From positions 11,966,001 through 12,030,000 of the forward strand of contig OX597821.1 of assembly GCA_951406725.2 (NCBI GenBank): 64,000 nucleotides of DNA. The letters are read 5' to 3'. This stretch comes from Octopus vulgaris (lineage: Eukaryota). A program made the translations under genes and the position numbers. Below are positions 41,364-55,580 of this stretch, piece by piece (the first letter of the stretch is position 1; each line of letters opens with the position of its first letter). Under the pieces are notes generated by a model. That model saw only the letters and a list, made by a program, of their open reading frames with translations. It was not told the origin of the DNA and made no database searches.

Positions 41364-41953
41364 AAATTTTAAAATAGGATAAAATCTTAATAAGAAATTA
41401 TCAAGTAGTTAGCGTGAAAAACCTCATAAATCAAAAAAATCTGTAAATTTTTTTCACTTGAAAATATTTATTTATATTATATAGAGGGCATTATTACACA
41501 TAAATGCCACACGCTAGGAGGGACTTTTAAAGTCATAACTACCAAAAATAAACAAATCGTACCGAATGCAATTCTCGAAGCGAGATATTTAAAAACAGAA
41601 TTTAGCTCCCGATCACCTGTGATTTCGCAATTAACGTATTATCTACGTCTCCTACTCGTCAGTGAAGCGAATTCAAAATAGATCATGAATGAACAAAATC
41701 AACATACCAGACAGAACCAGGCGGACAACCGGCGCCTCCATCGTAGCATATGGAACTGTTCACCCTTCATATATTTATGTAAATGGCGGGCTTTTTCGAA
41801 TTGTATTTCGGTAACAACGTGCTTCTTCGGAACAAATTTGAAAATAGGATAAAATCTTATTAAGAAATGATCAAGTAGATAGCGTGAAAAACCTCATAAG
41901 ACAAAAAAATCTGTAAATTTTTTTCACTTGAAAATATTTATTTATATTATATA
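41364..41953 (-). mobile_element. ORF-less HHR-containing element: 470-bp unit plus 120-bp terminal direct repeat (retrozyme-like or non-autonomous PLE)
   Basis: 41364-41483 is repeated at 41834-41953 (offset 470). Flanked by (TA)n on both sides; HHR at 41605-41668. Confidence 0.75.
41605..41668 (-). ncRNA. Type I hammerhead ribozyme, canonical core
   Basis: GCTTCA-CTGACGA-GTAG..ACGTA-GATAA-TACGT..TTGC-GAAA-TCAC-AG-GTGA-TC-GGGAGC; AUC site, near-palindromic helix III. Confidence 0.8.
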
Positions 41954-41994
41954 TATATATATATATATATATTCATATATATATATAAATATAT

Positions 41995-42029
41995 GTTTCT
42001 GACGAAGAGCTCCGCTCGAAACGTAAAGC
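41995..42029 (+). ncRNA. Minimal hammerhead ribozyme motif in a pLTR-like fragment (41995-42110)
   Basis: GTTT-CTGACGA-A-GAGC-TCC-GCTC-GAAA-CG-TA-AAGC. Confidence 0.75.
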
Positions 42030-42111
42030 CCTCCTTCTTCCCTTCCTTCCTGAGCGTCCAATAATACTATATTTGTTCCACGTCCTCGCGTTGTTGTGTT
42101 TTCATGTTTGG

Positions 42112-42199
<88 letters not shown>

Positions 42200-42214
42200 A
42201 TATATATGTATATG

Positions 42215-43320
42215 TTATTCTGGGATATGTTTTAACTGTGTTGATGCTGGGGCACTGCCAGTGTCATCACCCTTAACTGGCCAATTCTCCGTGATTGGCT
42301 TTTGGTGAAGGAGGAATTTTGACACTGCTGTCTTGTTTTGTGTTTCTTTCCTGGACATTGGTTCATCTAGGATTTTGGACAGCAAGTGGTAAATATGTTT
42401 CTTAAAAGCATTTACTCCCACCCCGTGGAGATGGCTCACATGTTTTGACAAGGCGTTAAATAGCTGCGGGTCCTTGAATGCCAAGCTTTTGTAGTACATG
42501 CTCCTCACATCAGTTGGGGCATCTGGGACTTCTAGAAAAGTAGAGTGACATTCCGTTCGACATCTGGTACATCATTGAATCCCAAAGTTTGGTGTCTGCT
42601 CTTCCGGCATCTTCCACTCATATATCTCTGCATACCAGTCTAGTCTTCGCTCCAGATGGCAATGTCGTAGCTTTTTCAGACTCCTCCTGTAGTTCAAATG
42701 TTCCAATGATGCAATCTTTCTTGTGTAGCTTCGCTGAACCGCTTCAAATTCCGCTATTCATCCGACACAGTAACATGACTGGATTTGAGAGCAGTATTCC
42801 AGGCGGCTGTGAACGAATGTCCATAGGAGCGGCAGAGTTTCTTGTTCCCTTGTTCTGAAGGTTCTCAGAATCTCTCAGGCCATTTGCCTTCACACTGCCA
42901 CTATCTTAGTGATATGCATGTGACACGAGGCATTGTTGCTTATATCAATCCCGGTTGTGAGGACGTTTTGGAAGAGAATCTGAAGCGGTCTTACTAGAGC
43001 TTCTTTCCAGATCTTTAGGAGGACTATTGAGAATTCATCAGTAACTATGGTGCGTTTGGCCTAATTTCATCAATGGTTTATATCACATCAGTTTCCTCCG
43101 TTTTGACACTATCAATAATTGCTATTTCGTTGTATAGAGCTGTGGAGTGAAAGAACTCATCAGGCATGGCTATTCGCAGTATCCCAGTGGAGTGGTGAAA
43201 ACATTGTTGTATTGCACATTGTGTATTTCACTGATCCTCTTGGAGTCCGGAGTCGGTGAGCCATTTTCTTCGAATACTCTCCCCATTTTGTATCCTACTA
43301 AAGCAGACACTTTTGCATAT
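42215..43320 (-). mobile_element. Decayed CR1/L2-like LINE 3' fragment
   Basis: ORF 42215-42508 (SLAFKDPQLFNALSKHVSHLHGVGVNAFKK..LLSKILDEP) resembles the ORF2 C-terminus of CR1/L2-group elements. The upstream extent is approximate. Confidence 0.75.
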
Positions 43321-43435
43321 ATAGAATAAATTTCAAAAAACGAGGTAAAACACAAGAGAATAACAACAACGCGAAGGCGTGCAACATGCAAAGTATTAGC
43401 ATACGCTCATATGTGCTTGTGTGTGTTATATACGC

Positions 43436-43520
<85 letters not shown>

Positions 43521-43559
43521 GTATATATATATATGTATATATATATATATGTATATATG

Positions 43560-43590
<31 letters not shown>

Positions 43591-43591
43591 G

Positions 43592-43638
<47 letters not shown>

Positions 43639-43841
43639 TATTCATACATACATAAGTACATACCTCCGAAGGAACACATGTAATAAGTATTTATAACGCA
43701 TGCGCAGAAACTAGCCCGCATACACACACAAACACACTCATACCCACAAATATATATATAAATACGCATGCATATACCTGTGCGTGTATATATACATGCC
43801 TGCATATTTGTGTATGCATATGTACCCCTATATCATTGGAA

Positions 43842-43894
<53 letters not shown>

Positions 43895-44644
43895 CGTGTG
43901 CGCCGCGTGTATCTGCCACTCGAATGTATCGGAATTTTTGTACTGACCAAGTACTCTGGGAAATGTAAATATTAATTTCGATAAAAGCCTTCGTATAATA
44001 ATATGTACGACGATAACCCTGCCTCACGTGTGTTCCTGACGATACGTATAGCGACTGATTTATCAGCAACAACTTCTGTTCCCTTAGGTTTTATAATCTG
44101 TAAGTTCAATAAATGCAAATTTTTCGTGCCAATGAGCTTTTGTCAAGATCTGTAAAGTACTGTTGAAAATAACCAGAATTTTGTAAGACACACAGCTGAT
44201 AACCTCTATGCTGAAATACGATGCAAGTTATCTCTTCATTTTGACTCCAAATGACATATATGTCCATTTTGCATTTCTTTATATTCCAAGTTCATAAACT
44301 CAAGAAGTTAATAATGTAGTTGAGTCGATAAAATCGAAGGAATGTTTGGAGTAAAGTAGCACAGAACGATCATAGTCTATAGTTACAGGGATTGCGTTCA
44401 GTACAATTACATATAGGTGACGTGTTCGTTCTTTGAATTTAACAACTGTGTCTGCTAGTTGCATTCGTTAAATGCACATACTTCCATACATATATTAATG
44501 GCCCAGTAGTCGAGACACAAACAATTACATACTCACACACATACATGTATATAAGTACACATAGAGTATTGTAGAGCTAGATCGAAACACACACACACAC
44601 ACACAAATACGCACACGCACAGATAGACAAGTAGATAGATAAAC

Positions 44645-44687
<43 letters not shown>

Positions 44688-44776
44688 CAGACAGAGAGAT
44701 AGATAATTAGATAGATAAATAGATAGCTAGATAGATCGATAGATAGATAGATAGACAGACTACAGACATAGATAGA

Positions 44777-44836
<60 letters not shown>

Positions 44837-44841
44837 TAGAT

Positions 44842-44883
<42 letters not shown>

Positions 44884-44885
<2 letters not shown>

Positions 44886-45197
44886 TGTTTCTTTATTAGC
44901 CACACAGGGCTGCACACAGATAGAACAAATTACAAGGTAGAGCTTTTCTTTTGAAGGTTTAAAAAAAAAAAAAAAGGAAGGGGGAGTTTCGATCAAAAGG
45001 GATCGTAAAAGGAGAGAAAGAGGACAAAAAAAGGGGGGTTAAAAAAAAAGGGGGAGAGGAAAAAAAAAAATTTGATCAATAGGGATCGTTATCACAGAAA
45101 TGTCAATATGAAGTGTAAAGGGGAGGACAGGTGAGGTTTACCCGTGGAAAGAAAAGCCTACGGAAAAGACCACGGTAACCTCGGTCAATGGAGTCAC

Positions 45198-45198
<1 letters not shown>
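44884..45198 (-). mobile_element. 3' UTR fragment of an L1/Tx1-like LINE inserted in (GATA)n
   Basis: Pyrimidine-rich minus strand ending gccctgtgtggctAATAAAgaaac, with (GATA)n on both sides. Family assignment is from recall. Confidence 0.65.
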
Positions 45199-45259
<61 letters not shown>

Positions 45260-45812
45260 TCATACATACATCAGTTTATGCTTGTGTGAACTTCCTGATA
45301 TGTATATAAACAGTTTGCTTTTGTTGAACTTGCTCTCCTTTATACGTCCCTAATCAACGCAGGTTACAAAATCAATAAACAATCATTCCATCTTTGACCA
45401 TACCGTCTATACAGATTGCATCTTGAACATGTACTAGCATTTCTCCAGAGTCTTTTGTGTTATATAAAGCAGTTAGACGTAAGTAGCGGTGATGAAACGT
45501 GTTAGCCTTATTGCAAAGCAAGCCTTTATATGAATATCTTTATCTAAAATTGATGCTGGAAAAACGTTAACTCCATTAGCTCATTAGGTCATTGACCAAC
45601 AGCAGTCATTGTTCTAAGTCCACGATTAAGAAATCTCATGGTGTTTAATCTTAATTATTAATTATTGTCTTAATTCATAGTTTTTCTATTTAGCAAATTT
45701 TAAGTTTGCATTTTTACCTAGACCTATGTAACTTTAAACTCTACGCCACTGAGGTAAGAAGCATGTACTTATATATACATACAACATACATAAATACATG
45801 CATATACATATG

Positions 45813-45872
<60 letters not shown>

Positions 45873-45936
45873 GAATGTTATATATATATGTATAATACCA
45901 TGAAAAACTATACAATAATACACATACACACATACA

Positions 45937-45987
<51 letters not shown>

Positions 45988-46219
45988 TAACAATATATAT
46001 AATGTATAATGATATATCAAAATAATATATTTACTCCGATTGAAAGTGATATTTATATACAAATTTACTAAAATATGATGAGCTAAAAAAGGCGGGAATC
46101 GAAACCACAAATTAACGCTTAAACGGCGCCATGCGCATCCGATTAATCCCAAAGATCACTCATCAATTTCAGCCAAATTTTATGACTATATACTTTAACT
46201 GTCATATATTACATATAAT

Positions 46220-46409
46220 ATATGTAAACAAAACGAGGAGGCTTTGTAAGTTACAGAGATACAGCGTTTATGGAAGTCTATTAGTATAATAATGACTATA
46301 TAATAATTTTGATATAGATATATTATTATATAGTTATTATTGTACTAATAAATTTCCTCAGGTCGCTCTATCTCCGTAACTTACAAAGCCATCTGTCGTT
46401 TACAAATAT
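46220..46409. repeat. About 190-bp imperfect hairpin
   Basis: ggctttgtaagttacagagata / tatctccgtaacttacaaagcc and tattagtataataatgactatataataat / attattatatagttattattgtactaata. Confidence 0.85.
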
Positions 46410-46550
46410 CCATACTCATATATATATATAGGGATAGTTTACGAAAAAAAAACAAAGGACGAAGACAGGTGGTGTACAAAACAAACAGATGTATTAGTAT
46501 AACGCTCAGGAATAGAAAAAAGTCTTTTACGTTTCGAGCCTACGCTCTTA

Positions 46551-47135
46551 CGGCAGTTGGACAAAATAATGGAGACACCTTACGATTTCAAACAAACTTA
46601 TTTTAATATGGGTTAGGGCAGATTTTGCCAATAATAACAGCTTGAATTCTACGGGGTATGGACTTCTACAAAGTTTGAATTCTTTTCAAATGAATTTTTC
46701 TCATTTTCCTGTTCTTGTAGTGATGATGGTCGAGGATATCGACTCCTGACTTGTGTTTCTAAAATGCACCATAAATGTTCAATAATATTGAGATCTGGGG
46801 ATTGTAGTGGCCAGATAAGATGTTAAACTTTACTAGAATGTTCCACGTGCCATTCAGCAACAACTGTAGCTGTGGGAATTGGTGCATTATCATCCTGATG
46901 ATTGCGTTTCCCTCCGAAAAGAAATCCGCAACCATAGGGTGAATTTGATCCGATACAATGCCTAAATAGTCTTGACTATTAATTCTGCCATGAAGGGAAA
47001 CCATTAGGCCGGGGGATTTCCAAGATAAGGACCCAAGATCATCATAGATACTCCACCATGGTTAACAATTGGAAGAAGGCAGTCTGGGTCAAATTCTTCT
47101 TTCGGCTGTCTCCACACGGATACTCGGCCGATCGT
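46551..47135 (-). mobile_element. Tc1 transposase 3' fragment with probable TIR
   Basis: Minus strand: MVSLHGRINSQDYLGIVSDQIHPM, QDDNAPI, WPLQSPDLNIIEHLW; TA|cggcagttggacaaaataatgg end. Confidence 0.85.
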
Positions 47136-47459
47136 AAGATGCTTAAAATAATTAATTCAAAACTTTTAAACGGTCATATACATTATATATTTACATATAT
47201 TTTTATACATATTTATATTTATTTATTTATATATTTGTATTGCAACAATTATCTTTCACACGTGCATATCTTTCTGTGGAGTTTTGATATTGATTTCCTA
47301 ATATGAGTAGTAATATATTATCAAAAAATATACATGTATACATTCGCTCGTATTAAATGTATAAATACTTCAATAGAATTAATACTTTGATACAATTGAG
47401 CACCCAATATAAATTCAGTATATTATATAATGTTCTCATTGAATATATTTATATATAGG

Positions 47460-47573
<114 letters not shown>

Positions 47574-48090
47574 ATAGGTATATTAGTTGTAAGTTAACTT
47601 CTAATCAACGGCTATCCACAAAAATCAACATCTAACTTCTATGACTAAAACTATTTGTTAGTCAATCAGTGAATTCTTCCGTTGGACATTTCTGTAAACT
47701 CTTCGCTAGGCAACAAAAATTGTCTGTATCAATTACAGACACACACATATATTAAAACGGGCAAGGAGCCTTACAAATACAATAATTTCGAACTTAACCT
47801 ATGTTGGGGCAAGACCATAAGTCGGACAGTGACTGGAGTGAAGTTGACGTCAGTAGCACATACCTATAAATAACATCCCCACTTCTATCAGATTACTAAC
47901 AAACATTTACTTCGTCCAGTTCATTTAAAGGTTGATCAAATGGAGAGACTGTGAAGAAACTGCACCGACAAAAGTACAAGGCTGCATTATAACAGTGAAT
48001 AGTCGCTGCGGCGAAAACACATGTAGGTAACTACAATATACTGTATATAAACATAAAATAAATGTTTTGGATATACTCTTTATTATTATC

Positions 48091-48292
<202 letters not shown>

Positions 48293-48293
48293 G

Positions 48294-48363
<70 letters not shown>

Positions 48364-48444
48364 GCTGTGTGTTTGTGTCTTCCCTATCAATGATTTAGAA
48401 TATGTATATGTACATACATAGATACCTCTCTATCTATCTCTCAA

Positions 48445-48506
<62 letters not shown>

Positions 48507-48644
48507 TACAGAGGGAAAGAGACACAGATAGACAGAGAGTGTTTGTGTGAGAGAGAGGAGAAAGGCTGATCTATTGATTGATAGATTGGAAGGTAAGTAG
48601 TTAGGTAGGTAATGAAGTAGGTAGGTAGATAAATAGATAGATAA

Positions 48645-48677
<33 letters not shown>

Positions 48678-49077
48678 AAAATAGACAGATAGAGATGTAG
48701 GTATAGATATAGATTTAAATACACACGCACGCGCGCGCGTGCGCCCACGCACACACACACACACAGTGAGGCAGTCAGTCAGACGAACAGGTTCACAGGC
48801 GACCAGACTCAAAGAACAGAAGGCTGTGAAAGGCGGAAGACATTTCCACTTATTTTGTTCTAAATAAAATACACACGACAAATATTTGTAAATACAAGAT
48901 CCACTACAAATTATTTTACATGGTTTCGTTCTATCGCGTTGAATAGCGAACCGGTTGGCTGCAAAGTGAACATCATATCCACAAGAAAACACTTACACAC
49001 ACACACATATCACCATCAACACCTCCACCTCTCTCTCTCTACCTATCTATCATCATAGGTATGTGTTCATATATATA

Positions 49078-49115
<38 letters not shown>

Positions 49116-50066
49116 TATAGGTAGTGAGAGAACGAAAGTAAGTAGTGGGGGGAGAGAGATAGAGAGACAGATGAGACGATGAATTCTCCCCAGTTTAAGC
49201 GCGCATTCTTTAGGGAAGTCTTAGAGGCGTATGAGACATTCTTCTCTTTCTATTACAATTTTCAACAAACAAGTTTCCTAGAAAATGACGTAGTTTACTG
49301 CATTTACTGAGCTAACATTTACACATGCATTGGTTGCATATATCTTCATACATATACAACGAAAAGCATAACCTCTCACATGTGTGAGTATGCGCATAAT
49401 GTGTGTGAACGCGTGGATGTATGCTTACATATATGTATATGCATATAGGCATGCATATATATATATGTATATTTGCATCATTTATGTGTGTTTATATATG
49501 TGCGTGCATCTGTATATGTGTGTGTGTGCGTACAAATATATGCGTATGTGTGTTTTTGTGTGTATTTTTGTCTGTAATACAGTTTATATAGACATTAGTA
49601 ACAAAAGACCGCTTGTCAGAACAATTTTTAATGGCTTCTCCTCTGTGTTCGATTCCGGAAGTTTAAGTCATTTATTTTTTTTTTTTTTCATTGGTCATGA
49701 AGAAAACCTCACTTCCTGTGTTATTTGATACTGATATCTATTGTCAGCAACATTTCTTCAATAGCTGCACTTATACGTTCTCATTTAGACAAACATGCCG
49801 AGAACCTAAAACAAACTTTCGCCTTTATTATGCATGTAAATAATAACTTTTTTGGTATCTATGAAATGTGAAGCAATACAGATTATGTTACTAAGATGAT
49901 CTTTTTTCATGATAGCCCAAGAAATAGACATATTTATGCACTACGAAACAATGCAATAGAATTGTATATGGACATCTGTTAACCTGTACACCAACACACT
50001 ATGAATGGCAAAATATGTTTGTCTCTCCTTTGCTCTTTCCCATATATCTATCTATTTATCTATCTA

Positions 50067-50144
<78 letters not shown>

Positions 50145-50169
50145 GCATTCTTTATTTCTATCTATCTCA

Positions 50170-50205
<36 letters not shown>

Positions 50206-50288
50206 TTTCTTTCTTTCTTTCTATCTATCTATCTATCTAACTATCTATCTATCTATCTAGCATTCTTTATTTCTATCTATCTATCTTA

Positions 50289-50374
<86 letters not shown>

Positions 50375-50375
50375 G

Positions 50376-50438
<63 letters not shown>

Positions 50439-51049
50439 ATCTGTCTGTCTGCCTGTCTCTCTATCTATCTATGTGTGTGCGCGCGTGCGTGTGTGTGTCT
50501 GTCTGTCTGATGTGTCTGTGTGTGTGTGTGCGTGCGTATGTACCTTATAAATTCGAAAACTGAGTCGCTGATTTTGACGTATGAGGTATCAAACGATTCA
50601 GTAATCTTTCGGCTACTAAATAGAGTACGTTTGTTGCCCAAATCCATTCTACTACAAAGATAAACTCGAAAATTATGTCGGGTCGCACTATTTTGTGATC
50701 TTTAGCTAAGGATGGCAACTCTACCTGAACAATCTGTCTTGGATAGAGCATAATAAGAAAATGTATTAAAAGTATGGAGTTTTACTAGGGAAGGTAACTT
50801 CGAAGATATACACTCAACTTTATTAGTATTATTTAATTGATAATCTTTTAATGTGTAGTATGTTTATCAGTGTCTTGTTTAGTTCAGAAATGCCTCTGAT
50901 ATAGCAGATCCTCGGCAGGGTATTTATTTTGTTTTCTTCTTCCTGAAATACTCTAAATCTGTGTCTTTTAATAAAAGAGATTTGGCTGATATTTGTAGTA
51001 GCTCAAATACCCACAGAAACAAATTTGTTTGTGGTTGTGCGTGTGTGTA

Positions 51050-51090
<41 letters not shown>

Positions 51091-51829
51091 TGTGGTGAAA
51101 ATTACTTTTCACAGAATATTTTGCACTAGAATTTTAAAGAAATCTGACTACCTTTCTTAGTGCTAACTATTCAACTTCCAATTACAATTGTTTATTGTTA
51201 GAGGCCAAGAAGACTGACAAGTACATATAGTGCTTTCGTATAGAATGGAAGTCCAATACGAAGTTTTGAACTCATTATTTTGTTGTTATTAATCCATTAC
51301 CTTAAATTTGAAGACATTGAGCCCTTAAGTGTTTACACAATATTTTACACTGAAAAATTTAATTGATAATACTGACCGCAGTACGTATTTCAATCTGGCA
51401 TTTAATTTATAGATCTCCTCTTGGTGATCTGCAAACATTGGGATATAATGAGACGCGGTACTCAGTTTAACAACAGATGTAAACCAACACACACACACAA
51501 ACATTTGCACAATAATGAGTGTGTGGTTGGGAAGATTGCTTCCGAACCACATAATTCCACGTTCAGTCCAGTCCTTCTGCATGATACTTTGGCAAGTGTT
51601 TTCAATTATTGCTCTGACTGAATTTGGTAGACGGAATCTGCAGAGTTGTTCATCAGCAAATGACAGAAAAACATGTTTATAAAGAGGAGTTGTTTGCTCC
51701 ATAGTCCTCGTGTTCCGATTCTGCCCATAAGAAAGGAACAAAATTACAATTCAATTCATAACACCTAGGCAACTCCAGGATGCAATGCTAGTATCATATA
51801 TATATATATATATATACCACAGAACGCGA

Positions 51830-52090
51830 ACATTTTGATCGGAAGTTGTACACCTGGCGCCCCTTCTGCAAAGAAGGAGCCGCACACTTTGAACTAATCC
51901 GACATGAGGAACTTGAGGAAAAAGCAGGTCAACGTCATCTCGGACGAACAAACAACATAATGGGCAACTTCCCTTGTCATCTGTGTTCAAGGACATGCCA
52001 TTCCAGGATCGAACTGCTTTTATATCAATCAACTCAAAAAATGTAGGATAAGATCCCTAAAGGACAACGTCGTCGTCGACATTGACGAAT
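51830..52090 (+). mobile_element. RTE (BovB-like) LINE 3' end
   Basis: WRPFCKEGAAHFE..R..LEEK...FPCHLCSRTCHSRIEL resembles the C-terminal zinc-finger region of RTE ORFs. Confidence 0.7.
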
Positions 52091-52280
52091 ATCTATGAGC
52101 AAATAACATACATACATACAGGTATACATATATATGTACCTATAATTTCATTTATACACAGACACAGACAGTAACACATACACATATATATATGTATCCT
52201 ACATATATTGTGCACTACGTATATATATATATTTATGTGTGTGTGTGTGTGTGTACGCTATGTATATATAAATATATATA

Positions 52281-52406
<126 letters not shown>

Positions 52407-52607
52407 ATGTTTTTGCTGAGTGGATGAGTGCATAAATGGATATGTGTGTATCTTTGGATACGTATCCATCTATTTATGTGTATATGTATCAAAACCGAAG
52501 CTGAGATGGAGACGTAACACAAAGAATTATAACGTGTGGTCTATGTGCACATGTGCGAGTGCTTGTGTGCATCTTTGCATCTGTATATATTTATGTATGT
52601 ATATATA

Positions 52608-52990
52608 TCTATATATATAAAACTGTAGTTGTGTGAGTGTCTGTCCCCTTCGATTTAGATTCCTAACTACTCCCACATTTTGCGGTGCAGTTTAACCAAA
52701 ACCGGGTATCTTATAGTCGCGATTCATATCGAGCCATTCTGGGTATTAGCGCGCGTCTACGATGAGTCTACGATTTAAAAAAAAAATTTACCATCATTTT
52801 TTTCCATTTTCATGCATATTTTTTTAAAGGGAAGTAGCTCTCTAAAAATATCTACGATGAGTCAACGATTTAAAAAAAAATTACCATCATATTTTTTCCA
52901 TTTTTAATGCATTTTTTGCTATTTTTTGGCTATAAAATGCTGTATAGTTATTTCCCTTACAAACCCGAGCAACGCCGGGTGATACTGCTA

Positions 52991-52991
<1 letters not shown>
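52608..52991 (+). mobile_element. Non-autonomous Helitron
   Basis: A|TC 5' end, subterminal hairpin CCCGAGCAACGCCGGG, CTAG|T 3' end, internal duplication tctacgatgagtc.acgatttaaaa. Confidence 0.9.
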
Positions 52992-53038
<47 letters not shown>

Positions 53039-53040
<2 letters not shown>

Positions 53041-53244
53041 AGATGTGCTCGCATAGCAAGTAATTTGATCTGAGATCGTGTGCTGAAACGAAAACAATTG
53101 CAGCGTGGAAGGTGTTTATAAGCCATTTAAGAAACACACAAAAGCCGTTCGATTCACTTCAACATTTAAGTTTAATTTGTCAAAATATTTTCGTCGCTAA
53201 AATCCGCGACCTGTTCACTGACAAAAATCCGTGCTGCATCTGAG
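53039..53244 (-). mobile_element. HHR-bearing repeat, copy 2 (G3:C8 HHR at 53176-53225)
   Basis: Near-identical to 4725-4925; HHR sequence identical. Confidence 0.85.
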
Positions 53245-53313
<69 letters not shown>

Positions 53314-53365
53314 CATGCATGCATGTATGTAAATGTGTGTGTGCGTGTGTGCGTGTGTTTGTTTG

Positions 53366-53443
<78 letters not shown>

Positions 53444-53448
53444 AATAA

Positions 53449-53500
<52 letters not shown>

Positions 53501-54164
53501 GGTATATGTATATGTATATGTACATATGTATGCTTGCATATATATATGCGTTACTCTTTCTCTCAATGAGTTTCTTTAACTTGACTTGTATAGACGTAAA
53601 TAGATCCTGAAGTAAGAATCACAGAGATTCTCTGAAATCTTATAAAATTCCCACTTTATATCATCATCTAATTTCATTCTATCAGACAGGACCAGGGTCT
53701 CTTAGTTGTAAACCTATCTCAGCTGATGCATTTTAACATTTGCTCTATAGGCTATGGCAGGATAAACCTCATAAAAGAAAAACTCTAACGGGTTTCGAAA
53801 TTAGTTGAAACTGCAGGCACTAATTTTTGAATATTAGTAGAAAGTGTCATGTGATTTGAATATATTTTATGTCTCTGTTCAGCTTCATTTTGCTAACAGT
53901 TGGTCTTAGATCAATAAAATAAAAGAAAATAACAGATGCACTTAACTCTCAAACAAAATCCAGCAATAACGAAAGACAAAACAAATTACAATAATAATGA
54001 CTAAGAATGTCTCACTGATAGTTGTTGGCAATGATGATGATGCGCAGGAGGAGTTGAAGGAATAGTAGGAGGATGATAAAGACGACCATGTTTATGACGA
54101 TGATGAGGTGAAAACAAAAAGGATGACGTATATATGCATATGTCTCCCCTCTCTCTCTCTCTCT

Positions 54165-54200
<36 letters not shown>

Positions 54201-54222
54201 GCATATATAATTATATACATAT

Positions 54223-54261
<39 letters not shown>

Positions 54262-54284
54262 TATAATATATATATATATACATC

Positions 54285-54384
<100 letters not shown>

Positions 54385-54949
54385 AGAACAAGTAAGCAAT
54401 CAAGAAACAAAATGTAGTACAAGGTTTAAAAATACACGAAGGGGGTTATTTTAAATGTGCACTTCCGGCAGCTACTAACCCGTCACAGGAAATGATCGAA
54501 TAAAGTCGAATATTTTTTATAGCATTTAATTTGAATCAACCTAATCTTTTTCATACTTTTTGTATTCATTTCTCACTCTTTCTATTCTTTACTTGATTTC
54601 TCCTTTTTCTTGCTTTTGTTCTTTTGTTCGTCTTATTTTCCTATCATTTTCTCCTTTTATTATTTTCATTTTTGTAGCATTATAAAAAATTACTTTAGCT
54701 AAGATCTTAGTCTAATACAAGAATCGACATTATCAATAAGTTTTATATTTCTTCAAATCTCATTTGATTTCCTGCTATGAATTTACGTCCCCTTCTCTCG
54801 GTGGATAATTTTCCTGTATTTGTAAGAAAATTTCAAATCAATATTATTAATATTATTGTATAAATTGAGCAGCGGAGTCGACATAATTGACTACTGGCCT
54901 ACGCCAAAATTTCAGGCCTTTTTGCTATAGTAGAAAGGCTTGTTTTTTT

Positions 54950-55580
54950 AAGCTGAAGGGCATGAGGAAAGAAACTTTCGGCTCCGATAGAACCTTCATC
55001 GAATATTCGAAGGTTCACTTGAAAAGGAATGTGATGGCTTAGACAGAGGTGCTGTCCTCAGTCGAATTCATTGAAAGGTGAACGAAAGTTGCGAAAATGG
55101 CAAAAGTGCGTGGTCCAGTCCCTGTGAGTCGGAGAACAGAAGATGGAGCAGGCACCTACCCTTGGCATTCACGGAGACCTCCGTCGGTGGGTTTTCTTAA
55201 TTATCCCTAGTGGTTCTCCTGTGTCAGACGTGCGACATCATTATCATCATACCCCTTTTTTTTTATTTTCAATCTTGTATACTATGCAAATTTATCCTCT
55301 CTGTCTTATTTTATAGAGTGTATACTTTCTATGCATTTAAATATATATTTTTCTCTCATTTCATTGTATGTAAACTTCCACAGTTGATGTCTTTCATTGT
55401 ATTGCCCGCTCTATCCTGCCCTTGGAGTTCGTGGAGTCGTCGGTCGCTGGGTTTCCTTGATTATCCCTAGAGGTTCTCCTGTATCAGAAGTGCCACATCA
55501 TTATCATCATTCCTCATTGTTTTATTTTTAACTTTGTATATTATGTATACTTATCTTCTCTGTTTTAATGCATACTCTCT
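54950..55580 (+). mobile_element. Decayed L1/Tx1-like ORF2 end with tandemly duplicated (about 260-bp period) 3' region
   Basis: KVHLKRNVMA*TEVLSSVEFIER*TKVAKMAKV resembles recalled octopus L1-like termini. 55160-55335 is repeated at 55420-55585. Confidence 0.55.

Noticed and set aside
50543-50724. Possible minus-strand exon (ttcAG ... AAG|GTACAT)
   Set aside because: Weak donor, no recognisable protein and no partner exons.
54965-55005. HHR-like string on the minus strand (TCGATGA-AGGTTC-TATCG-GAGCC-GAAA)
   Set aside because: The core is wrong at positions 3-4, there is no convincing stem I, and it lies antisense within an L1-like ORF2 remnant.
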